Source: a virus (Duplodnaviria; Caudoviricetes). From it: 42,181 nucleotides of DNA. The stretch's first letter is position 1. Each line of letters starts with the position of its first letter. This document shows positions 16,662 through 25,700 of this stretch, piece by piece. The notes beneath the pieces are model-generated. The model worked only from the letters and a program-made list of their open reading frames with translations, was not told where the DNA came from and searched no databases. A program made the translations under genes and the position numbers. The DNA is taken from positions 1 through 42,181 of IMG/VR virus record IMGVR_UViG_3300020043_002662, one strand, 5' to 3'.

Positions 16662-16860
16662 TTGTTGTGGAGATATTTTCTACAGCCGTTACCCAGGTGA
16701 GTTTAGGCATTGTGATTGTAAGCAATCTGCTGTTGACGAGACGGAGTTTTATGCTAGGTTATTTGGAAGTTTAACCCCTGTTGGACGATTATATGAGGTG
16801 AGTGACGATGAGAGGAGAGTTAGTAAAGAACGATGGGACATGGACACAGGCGAAGTTTAA
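16630..16860 (+). CDS. small Cys-rich protein
   Basis: GAGG RBS; CC...FxxCxC...AVD pattern; overlaps both neighbours. Confidence 0.6.
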   Translation: MKFNPTLYKANCCGDIFYSRYPGEFRHCDCKQSAVDETEFYARLFGSLTPVGRLYEVSDDERRVSKERWDMDTGEV

Positions 16861-17224
16861 CAGTTTTATTAAGAACAACCTTCGTGCAGCAACTAGGAAG
16901 TGGGGGCCAATACAAAACTGTGTGAAAAGGGCTAGACGTAGTAGAGGTTTATATGAATGCGCCTCTTGTAACAATCTTGTACCAGCATCAATACTTTGTC
17001 AGGAGACACGTAAACGTAAGAAGAATATTATTGCTGACCACATTGACCCTATAGTAGACCCTGCTGTTGGTTTTACAACTTGGGATTCTGTGATTGAACG
17101 GATGTTCTGTGACTCTAGTAACTTGCAAGCATTGTGTGGTAAGTGCCACAAAGAGAAGTCACAGGAAGAAATTAACACTGCAAAAGAACGTAGACTTAAT
17201 CAAAAACTAGGAGCTTTAGAATGA
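16802..17224 (+). CDS. HNH endonuclease
   Basis: CASC, DHIDP, NLQALCxxCHxxK motifs. Confidence 0.88.
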   Translation: MTMRGELVKNDGTWTQAKFNSFIKNNLRAATRKWGPIQNCVKRARRSRGLYECASCNNLVPASILCQETRKRKKNIIADHIDPIVDPAVGFTTWDSVIERMFCDSSNLQALCGKCHKEKSQEEINTAKERRLNQKLGALE

Positions 17225-17457
17225 TGGCATTGACAACTTTTAATGATGTAGAAGATCGTACACTACGTGCTTGGAATCGCTTTATGGTCTTCTTTAATAC
17301 AATTAACAACGTGAATAACGATGCTGCTAAGAATTACCTCAAGCAGTTTTCTAATGAAGATAAGCTTGACCTTCAGCAAGTTTTGAAAGCTATGAAGCAA
17401 CATGGTTTTGAAGGTTTGAAGGCAATGATTAGTCGAGGTGCTTATGAAGTTAAGTGA
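17221..17457 (+). CDS. hypothetical protein
   Basis: AGGAG RBS; ATGA-coupled to the upstream gene. Confidence 0.75.
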   Translation: MMALTTFNDVEDRTLRAWNRFMVFFNTINNVNNDAAKNYLKQFSNEDKLDLQQVLKAMKQHGFEGLKAMISRGAYEVK

Positions 17458-17857
17458 AGCTGACCGTTTTAACGAAGGTAAGCCACAGTTGTCTTACATC
17501 CTTGGTGGCTCTAGCGCTCTAGCTGGCATGGCTAGGGTGTTGGAGTTTGGTGGCAATAAGTATGGACGTAATAATTGGAAGAAGGGTTTGACATATAACA
17601 CTTGTGTAGATAGTTTGTTGCGTCATTTAACAGCTTTCCAGAATGGTGAGGATTTTGACGCTGAGAGTGGGTTACCGCATGTAGACCACATCCAATGCAA
17701 TGCCCTGTTCTTATCTGAGATGTTTCATACAAGACCTGACATGGATGACAGAGAGCAATTTGCTTGCGATGATTGTGATTGTGAACCAGAGGATTTTCCA
17801 GTGGTACCTTTACAACTCTGGTTTACGTTTGAAGATGAGGAGGGTGTTGATGATTGA
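17438..17857 (+). CDS. DUF5664 / dATP-dGTP diphosphohydrolase-like protein
   Basis: GK..L, VLEFG..KYG.NNW.KG, SLLRHL, D.ESGLPH.DH..CN..FL motifs. Confidence 0.85.
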   Translation: MLMKLSEADRFNEGKPQLSYILGGSSALAGMARVLEFGGNKYGRNNWKKGLTYNTCVDSLLRHLTAFQNGEDFDAESGLPHVDHIQCNALFLSEMFHTRPDMDDREQFACDDCDCEPEDFPVVPLQLWFTFEDEEGVDD

Positions 17858-18635
17858 CCAACCCAAGGTTCTTTTCCTAGATATTGAGACAGCCCCCAAA
17901 GTTGCTTATGTTTGGGAGTTCTTTAAGCAGAATGTTTCACCCTCACAGGTGGTCAGTCATGGCCACCTCCTTTGTGCAGCGTGGAAGTGGTTGGGTGATG
18001 AGGAAGTTAGCTTTGAACGAACAAGTCTTTTTAACATAGAAGATGACCGCAAGTTAGTCTTATGTCTACGAAACTTACTTGATGAGTGTCACTTAGTTGT
18101 AGCACACAATGCACGTAAGTTTGATCTTCCAATGATTAATGCACGTTGTTTGGTATATGGTATTGCCCCACCATCTCCGTATAAAGTTGTAGATACACTA
18201 GCTGTTGCCAAGAAAAACTTTCGCTTCCCTTCAAATAAGCTTGAGTATTTAGCAACTGTGTTAGGGTGTGGTGAAAAGTTGTTGCACAATAACTATCCAG
18301 GCTTCTCCTTGTGGAAGGAGTGTATGGATGGTAACTTGTTTGCATGGAATGATATGCGCAGGTATAACATGAACGATGTTACTGTGCTTGAAGCTTTATA
18401 TAACAAAATGCGTGGTTGGGTTGACGTACACCCAAACATTCCAGCAACTACTGGTGATAAGGGGTTGGCTTGTCCTAAGTGTGGTAGTCACCACATACAG
18501 AAGCGAGGGTTTACTACGACATTACTTGGCTCGTACCAACGATATGTTTGTAACGATTGTCGTGGTTGGAGTCGCAGTCGTAAGAAAGAGCCAGCCAGCA
18601 CGAGTGTTTTATTAACTAATGAGAAGAGTGGTTAA
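17850..18635 (+). CDS. RNase H-like/DnaQ 3'-5' exonuclease with C-terminal zinc ribbon
   Basis: FLDIET, AHN..KFD, VDTL, YN..DV motifs; CPKCGS...CxxC; ATG at 17850 after GAGGAGG. Confidence 0.88.
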   Translation: MIDQPKVLFLDIETAPKVAYVWEFFKQNVSPSQVVSHGHLLCAAWKWLGDEEVSFERTSLFNIEDDRKLVLCLRNLLDECHLVVAHNARKFDLPMINARCLVYGIAPPSPYKVVDTLAVAKKNFRFPSNKLEYLATVLGCGEKLLHNNYPGFSLWKECMDGNLFAWNDMRRYNMNDVTVLEALYNKMRGWVDVHPNIPATTGDKGLACPKCGSHHIQKRGFTTTLLGSYQRYVCNDCRGWSRSRKKEPASTSVLLTNEKSG

Positions 18636-18640
18636 GTTCT

Positions 18641-20320
18641 ATGCAGTTTAGAAATAACTTAGGTGAGACAATCTTTAAGCAGAAGTATGCTAACTTTACT
18701 GACCAAACTTGGTCTGATAAAGCTAGACAACTGTCTGAAATTACACGAGTAGCAGAGGACTTCAAGCTTGAGGGGGATGTCCTCTCTGCTATTAATGATA
18801 TGAAGTTTATTCCAGGTGGGAGGTATTTATATTATGCGGGCCGAGGAGCTAAGTTTTATAATAATTGTTTTATATTTAAGAGTCAAGAAGATAGTCGGGA
18901 GAGTTGGGCAGAGCTTATGTCTGATATTACCTCTTGCCTTATGGCTGGTGGTGGGATTGGGAATGATTATTCTATTTTCCGTCCTCATGGCTCCATACTT
19001 GGTCGAACTGGTGGCGAAGCATCTGGCCCAATACCGTTAATGGAGATGGTTAACGAAGCTGGTCGTAATGTTATGCAAGGTGGCTCACGCCGCAGTGCCA
19101 TGTACGCTAGTTTAAATTGGAGTCATGGTGACATTGAGCGCTTCTTACACATTAAAGATTGGGAAGATCAGTTTATTACTGGCGCATTTGATAAGGATGG
19201 CAACCCACTTACAGTTAAGGCTGCTAAAGAAGCTGACTTCAACTATCGCGCTCCGCTAGATATGACAAACATCTCTGTTAACTATGACGATAATTGGTTA
19301 GAGTATACTTGGGGTGTTAGGGAGAAGGTTAAGTGTGGTGTGGGTAAACCTAAGCTTCACCCAACATTCTTGCACAATGTTAGGCAAGCTATGAAGAATG
19401 GTGAACCTGGTTTTAGTTTCAATTTCAATGAGCAAGAGTGTGAAACTGGTCGTAATGCTTGTACAGAGGTTACAAGCAGTGACGATGGTGACGTGTGTAA
19501 CCTTGGCTCGGTTAATATGAGTCGCATTGACACTATTGAAGAGTTTGCAAAGGTTGTCGCTTTAGGTACTAAGTTCTTGTTGTGTGGTACTATCGAGGGT
19601 GAGCTACCTACAGAGAAGATTCACGCAATACGTACAAAAAATCGTCGCTTAGGTTTAGGCTTGATGGGTGTACACGAATGGTTGTTGCAACGTGGTTATC
19701 GCTACGAAGTTGTACCAGAGTTGCATGAATGGCTTGCTGTATATCGTGATGTATCAAATAAAGTTGCAAGAGAGTTTGCAGACAAGCTAGGGGTTAGTCG
19801 TCCAATAGCTGTACGAAGTATTGCACCAACAGGTACTATCGGCATTTTGGCTGGAACAACGACTGGCATCGAGCCTGTGTTTGCTGTTGCATATAAACGC
19901 CGTTACTTACAAGGCGGTTCAACATGGCTCTATCAGCTCTGTATCGACTCTACAGCGAAGGCAGTGATTGAGGCGACTGGTTGTGACCCTGACAAAATAG
20001 AGACGGCCTACGACCTTTCTAAAGACCCTGAGAGACGTATCAAGTTTCAAGCTGATGTTCAGGACTATGTGGATATGGCTATAAGTTCTACGTTAAACTT
20101 ACCACCTTGGGGTTCAGAGGTGAACTGTGAAGAGCGTGTAGTTGACTTCGCTAACATTGTAGCTAAGTATGCACATAAGCTTCGTGGCTTAACCTTCTAC
20201 CCAGATGGTAGTCGTGGAGGTCAACCAATAACTTCTATACCTTATAATGAAGCTGTTGGTATGGAAGGTGTGGTATTCGAGGAGAACGATGGTTGTAAGG
20301 GTGGTGTGTGTGGGTTGTAG
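18641..20320 (+). CDS. nrdJ: ribonucleotide reductase, probably class II (B12-dependent)
   Basis: NNC, GGGIG, RRSA, NACTE, CNLGS, RRLGLG, APTGT and ISSTLN motifs with C-terminal CxGGxC; no beta subunit gene in the window. Confidence 0.85.
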   Translation: MQFRNNLGETIFKQKYANFTDQTWSDKARQLSEITRVAEDFKLEGDVLSAINDMKFIPGGRYLYYAGRGAKFYNNCFIFKSQEDSRESWAELMSDITSCLMAGGGIGNDYSIFRPHGSILGRTGGEASGPIPLMEMVNEAGRNVMQGGSRRSAMYASLNWSHGDIERFLHIKDWEDQFITGAFDKDGNPLTVKAAKEADFNYRAPLDMTNISVNYDDNWLEYTWGVREKVKCGVGKPKLHPTFLHNVRQAMKNGEPGFSFNFNEQECETGRNACTEVTSSDDGDVCNLGSVNMSRIDTIEEFAKVVALGTKFLLCGTIEGELPTEKIHAIRTKNRRLGLGLMGVHEWLLQRGYRYEVVPELHEWLAVYRDVSNKVAREFADKLGVSRPIAVRSIAPTGTIGILAGTTTGIEPVFAVAYKRRYLQGGSTWLYQLCIDSTAKAVIEATGCDPDKIETAYDLSKDPERRIKFQADVQDYVDMAISSTLNLPPWGSEVNCEERVVDFANIVAKYAHKLRGLTFYPDGSRGGQPITSIPYNEAVGMEGVVFEENDGCKGGVCGL

Positions 20321-20421
20321 GGGTGTAGTAACTTACTTATCCTGCCTTGTGCTTTTAGCAGTATCACCTGCTGTTGTCTTGCCTTGTCTACTTATATCAA
20401 CTTTATATATAGTGTTTAAAT

Positions 20422-20463
20422 AAAAAAAGCCCCTACAACTGGCAACTGTAGGGGCTTAATTTA
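20422..20463. terminator. bidirectional Rho-independent terminator between the two genome arms
   Basis: A-tract, stem AAGCCCCTACA / TGTAGGGGCTT, T-rich tail; lies between convergent genes. Confidence 0.9.
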
Positions 20464-20471
20464 TTTATAGC

Positions 20472-22748
20472 TTATTGTAAATCTTTCATACGACCTTTTT
20501 TATAAGGCCTAACCTCCATAGAGCCAGTCCTATTAAAGTTGTCAACAAGGTCTTGTTGGTAACGAGTGGCATCCTCCTCAATCATTTCTTGAGAAGCTCC
20601 CTTCCTCTTCATAATAGCAGCTCGCTCTTCAAGCTCACTCTCTAAGTCCGGTCTAAGTAGCTTCAAATCCTCTACACTAATTTGACTTAGTTGCTCCTCT
20701 TGTGAAGGTGTAACATCCTCCACCTTAGATTGGTTAGCTTCCTCATTAAGCAACTCTACATCTAAGTTGTCTTTAGCTTGACCTTTTCGCTGTTCAGACT
20801 CAAAGTTGTTAACTCTTTTAATCCACTCTGGTGAAGCGTTGTTATTCTTATCAAACAAGGCCACTGCTTGCTCTGGGTTTTTAGAAGTAGCAGCAAACTG
20901 TCTTCGCTCTCTGACGTAAGTTGTTAGAGGGTCTGTTCCACGGTAGTCAATGTGTGGATTATGGTTTGCATTACTTGCACCATATAGCTGCTCTTGGAAG
21001 GCAGCAGTTGTTCCAGCGAAGTCATTACTATTGTTTAATGTGGCTTGCGCTCTGATAAGTTGTGTAAGCTTAGCAGCTTTATCACGGTTGAGGTCAGTGA
21101 GGTACTTGTTAACCTCTTCATAACGCTCAGGTGACAAGCTTGACTTAGGTGTAAACTTAACACCACCATCTTGCCATAAGAAGTTAATCTGCTCAGCCAG
21201 TGGCTTACCACCTAAATCCTTTGTTAAGGTCTCCCTCAACCCATTGAAGATTGGGGTTGAGTAAGATTTACGTATGACGTAGTTGGCACGCTGTCTTGAC
21301 TCTTCAGAGAATTTAGGTTGATTCTTAACCATCCAATTACCAACATCCTCTCTCGAAAAGAATTTGAGTGATTCTTGAATTGCTACTGGGTCTGTTGGAG
21401 TTCCATCTTCAGGTGGCTTAAGGCCTGTAAGAATTGTACCTAGTGTCTGGTATATATCCCTATTGGCTTGCTCTGAACTTTGTGGGTCATAAGCTTGGGC
21501 ATCCTTAATCATTTTCAATGTGTTTGAATAGATTGGTGAAGCATTCTTACGAGCATCTATGGTAAACAAGCTCTTCATATTCTTGGTGCCATCTTGATTA
21601 AAAGAGTTGTCACCAGTGAGTAGGTTTAGTGTACTTTCAAATGAGGCAGCGCGTGTGGCAGCATTATCGCCCAACATCTTACGTGCAACAGCTAGGTTAA
21701 TTAACTCCTCACCTTCTGGCCCTCTATAAATATTGTAAGTCTTACGTGCATTAGCTTCATTTACAGCATTCTCCATGTAAGATATACCATCTTTGTTTAA
21801 GATGGAGGCTCTAGCTGCGTCAATAGATGATGTGAGGCGTGCTAGTTGTGTTGTCCTGTCATCAGCAGGTAATAGCGCCACTCCACCTAAGCCATTCAAC
21901 GTATCATGGTACCTGTTAGTGACATCCACTTTCATTCTCTCTAACTGGGGCAGTAAGTCCATTAGATACTGTTCTTTATTAGTGGCGTTTTTAGCGCCAG
22001 CTATTAGGCCTTCAACTTGTCTATCTACGGATGGAGCTAAATCAAGAACAAGTGCGTTTGAAGAGTATTTCATTTCATACTGCTGAACCTGTTGGGCACG
22101 TTGCAATTTCTTGACGTTCACATCAGCTTCAAAGTCCTCAAACTCCATCTGACTTTTAGCCGCACTGATTTGAGAGTTAGTGTACGCCAGCTTATCAGAA
22201 GCAGTTTTAAGTATCTGTGCATTGCCATTTATAGACCTGACTTGTTGTACAGCAATATCAATTACATTAGGGTCTTGCTCATCCTGGCTTAGTAAATTGG
22301 AGCCAAGAGCTGCTTGATAATCTTTATTATACTGATCACGCGCAGCTTTAACACCTTCATCCTCATCACCAAAGCCATAGGTGTTGTTCACGCCAGTAAC
22401 AAGTTTATCAAAATCCTCAGCCATACTAGGGTTCTCAGCAATGTATCGGTTGATTACATCATGCTGCGATAGGCGAAGCTGCCTCTTATCAATACCTCCC
22501 TTCATACGAGAGGACTTCTCAAGCTTTATTAAGTCTTGCCTAGCTCTGAATAAATTAGTATTCTTAATGTCATCCTGATCACTCGTAGCCATCTTCTCTA
22601 CAACTTTAGCTACAAGCGGTTCAGCATATTGCAAACCAGCTATGGCGGTTGATTTAGAGTTGTTATCTACACCCTCAAAAGAGGTGGCCGCAGATTCCTG
22701 CAAGCCAATCTCTTGATTATCAAAAATATCTCTACGCTGTTCAGCCAT
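20472..22748 (-). CDS. putative internal virion/ejection protein
   Basis: 758-aa, apparently helical, Cys-free ORF; last gene of the structural arm. Confidence 0.65.
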   Translation of the reverse strand: MAEQRRDIFDNQEIGLQESAATSFEGVDNNSKSTAIAGLQYAEPLVAKVVEKMATSDQDDIKNTNLFRARQDLIKLEKSSRMKGGIDKRQLRLSQHDVINRYIAENPSMAEDFDKLVTGVNNTYGFGDEDEGVKAARDQYNKDYQAALGSNLLSQDEQDPNVIDIAVQQVRSINGNAQILKTASDKLAYTNSQISAAKSQMEFEDFEADVNVKKLQRAQQVQQYEMKYSSNALVLDLAPSVDRQVEGLIAGAKNATNKEQYLMDLLPQLERMKVDVTNRYHDTLNGLGGVALLPADDRTTQLARLTSSIDAARASILNKDGISYMENAVNEANARKTYNIYRGPEGEELINLAVARKMLGDNAATRAASFESTLNLLTGDNSFNQDGTKNMKSLFTIDARKNASPIYSNTLKMIKDAQAYDPQSSEQANRDIYQTLGTILTGLKPPEDGTPTDPVAIQESLKFFSREDVGNWMVKNQPKFSEESRQRANYVIRKSYSTPIFNGLRETLTKDLGGKPLAEQINFLWQDGGVKFTPKSSLSPERYEEVNKYLTDLNRDKAAKLTQLIRAQATLNNSNDFAGTTAAFQEQLYGASNANHNPHIDYRGTDPLTTYVRERRQFAATSKNPEQAVALFDKNNNASPEWIKRVNNFESEQRKGQAKDNLDVELLNEEANQSKVEDVTPSQEEQLSQISVEDLKLLRPDLESELEERAAIMKRKGASQEMIEEDATRYQQDLVDNFNRTGSMEVRPYKKGRMKDLQ

Positions 22749-22762
22749 TTACAAAGCCCCAA

Positions 22763-25700
22763 TTACTGTTCATCTTGTTGTTTACCTTCATTGTATTGTT
22801 TCCAACGCTCAAGAGCTTTAATAACATTGTCATAATCTCTTGGTCGTTGCTCTTCTGGAAGTAAGTGCATACGAGAAATAACCTCGTCAATACCAACAGT
22901 GTTTATCTTTCCATACAAATCTACTAAAGGTGAGAGTTTGTTTTGAGAAGCAGCCCTGTCTGACAACTTATTCCACTCCTCAAGAAACTCTGGCGTACCC
23001 CCAAAGACTGAATAACCAATAGCAAACCCTTGTTTAATAGATTCTGAATCACCAGCATTCTGTCCGTGTAAAGCTAGCTGACGTAGAAAGTTATCATGCA
23101 AATGCTTAATATCCTTCTTATAGCTAGAATCTCCGTAGTCAAGCGTATTTAATGCAGCTAACTTAACTTCATCCATCGAACGAATGCCAAGCACTTGTCC
23201 AACAACGGAGTACCAATCAGCAACGTAATCCTTAGTAGCACCTTTAGCTGACATACTCTGCCCTACTTTATACATGTAAGCAGCTTTGTAAGCATTAGAG
23301 AAGCCAGAGGACATTAAGTTACCAAAGGCTAAACCAACAGTCTTCAGTGAAGCTGGTTGTAACTCCTCAGAAGGTACAATCCACTGCTTAACTTCTCTTA
23401 AGAAAGTAATAGCTTTTGGGTTACCACCAAAGAACAGACTACCAGATGGACTCTCTGCCATCATAGTCAAGAAGTCATCCTTAACTAGAGAGGTTACAAA
23501 CTCACCTAATGAGTTGTTAAATGGTGAAATGCTACCACTAATATCTAAACGAGTGTTAGTATCAAAGGCTGAGTGTATAGCACTGTTAATGGCATACGAC
23601 ATAAAACCCTCAGTCACCAAATTACGCAACTCTTCATCTTCTGGTAAGTATGGTTCAACGCCACTCTCATACATTGATTGAGCTGGAAAACCAAACAAAG
23701 CTGCGTTAACCAATGCCAGCCTAGCTTTTTGACCCTTAGTTAAGTGTTGATTAAACGTCATGTTAGAGAGCATCTTATGCCCAATCTGTAAGAACTGAGC
23801 TGGAAGTGAGAATATATTCTGGTTGTATGGTAAGTCACCAGCAGCATTCATATTACCTGTCAAGTTACGAGCATTACCAGAAATCTCAGACAACACCCTT
23901 GCATCACTAAGGCTTTTACCCTCACGCTTCGCTAAATCAGCAAATGCTAAGTAGTGCGTTAACATATTAAAGCGTTCGCCAGCATCCATACCTACTACAC
24001 GAGCATAGTGAGGTATTGCAGAGACAGTCTTCTTAACTGCACCTAAAGCTCTGAACTCCTCAGCATCGTACATAACACCACGTACAAGGTTGTTCTTGTC
24101 AACCGCTGCTAATAAACCAGATTGCTCTAAACCTTTAAACACCTCGTCAAACTCTTCCTGCGTCCAGCCACTAGCTTTTAGCTCTGCCTTAGTAGGGGCA
24201 CCACCAGCAAACTTCCTCATCATTGTGAGAATTTGTGGAGCTGATTTAGCTACAGTCCATTGAGGGTTGGCTATAGCAGCTAGTTGTATAGTTTGGACAG
24301 ACTGTACCAAAACTTGACGTAATGGGTTCATAAACAACATTGTGGTTGCTGTTAGCGTTCTTAAAGCCGCTAACGGCCCCCTCATGTCACCAATGCCACG
24401 GAACACCTTCTCACCAAAAGAGGTTGTCGGTGCAATTACATCAGCTATAACATTCATCAAACCTTTGAAGCCAGCGTCTAAGTGGTTAATGTAACCATCC
24501 TCGATTGAACGGATGTAATTAAAAGCTGATCTAGCAGCAGCCACCTCTTTAACATTAGTCAACTCTGGTGTACGCTGTCTAATATCAGAACCCTTGCTTG
24601 GGTACATAGGTTGGTGAGTGATTGGGTGTTTCTCTAAGAAATCCCCATAGTTTCGGATAAACCTTTCTTTAGAAGTTTCAATCCAATCCTTTGCATTTAC
24701 ATGCTGAGAGATTGATCGTATACTTGTCAGCATAGATTGCATTGGGTTAGTCGTACTTGCCATTTCAAACTGAAGGTCACCCCCTAGCGTCTCAAGAGGT
24801 TTCTCTCCACGCATACGTTGAGTTGAACGACCAGTAGCCATATCAAGCTCTGCTAAAGCCCTCTCATGTCCAGGAGTGCCTTTTAAATCCCTACCAACAA
24901 CATACTCTTCACCTGAAAACTTCTTGTTAAACTGCTCCCTTAGTGCATTGGCACTCTTCATAGAATCAGCAGTACCAACAGCTCTCCAATGTACATGCTC
25001 ACCTTTGTCATTCTTAACAGACTGCCTAATGATGTACTCATCATTATATCTCCGGCTATAGTAACCCTCTAAGTAGTTCAATACTTTGTCATCATCACGT
25101 AGACGACGAATGAATGGGTTCCCAGGTGTGTTGTCAACGAGGATGTGTGTTACAAACTTCCCATTTTCAAGGGCTGTTGGCACATCAAGTTCAGCAACTT
25201 CACCACCTTCTTTAAACAACTTCTCCACATCAGCACGAGTCTTGTCAACTATTTGACCTAACTTGTGGTCATAAAGTTTAATAGTGCCATTACCAAGTTC
25301 TTTAGTTACTTGACCAAGCTTCATTGATCTAACTAGCTTAGACTCGTCAGTGCCAGGTACAACCCACATTTGTAAACCACGACCCCTAGCATTTTGTATC
25401 CTAGAGGTATTCTCTAGCACATACAAACGATCTTGTACAATACGGAAATCAGTGATCGTACTTAGCATAGCTTCTGACCAACCTTCTGTACGAAGCTTAG
25501 CTGCATTAAACTTAGTTTGATTTAAGTTGGCTTGTACAATGTAGTCTGCAACCGTTTGCTTACTAGCTCCATCAAGCTTCTTAAACTTCTTGTTAAAAGA
25601 GTCGGCTGCTTTCACCAGAATCTTTGTAAATTGTGACGATCTATCCTCAGCATTTGACACAGCTAAGTGCATGAAGCGGTCTTTAAACATACTAGCAACG

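Noticed and set aside
16802-17224. HNH gene as a mobile homing element or cassette mobiliser
   Set aside because: It is tightly coupled within the replication operon, has backbone-like composition and no intron context, and is not a tyrosine recombinase
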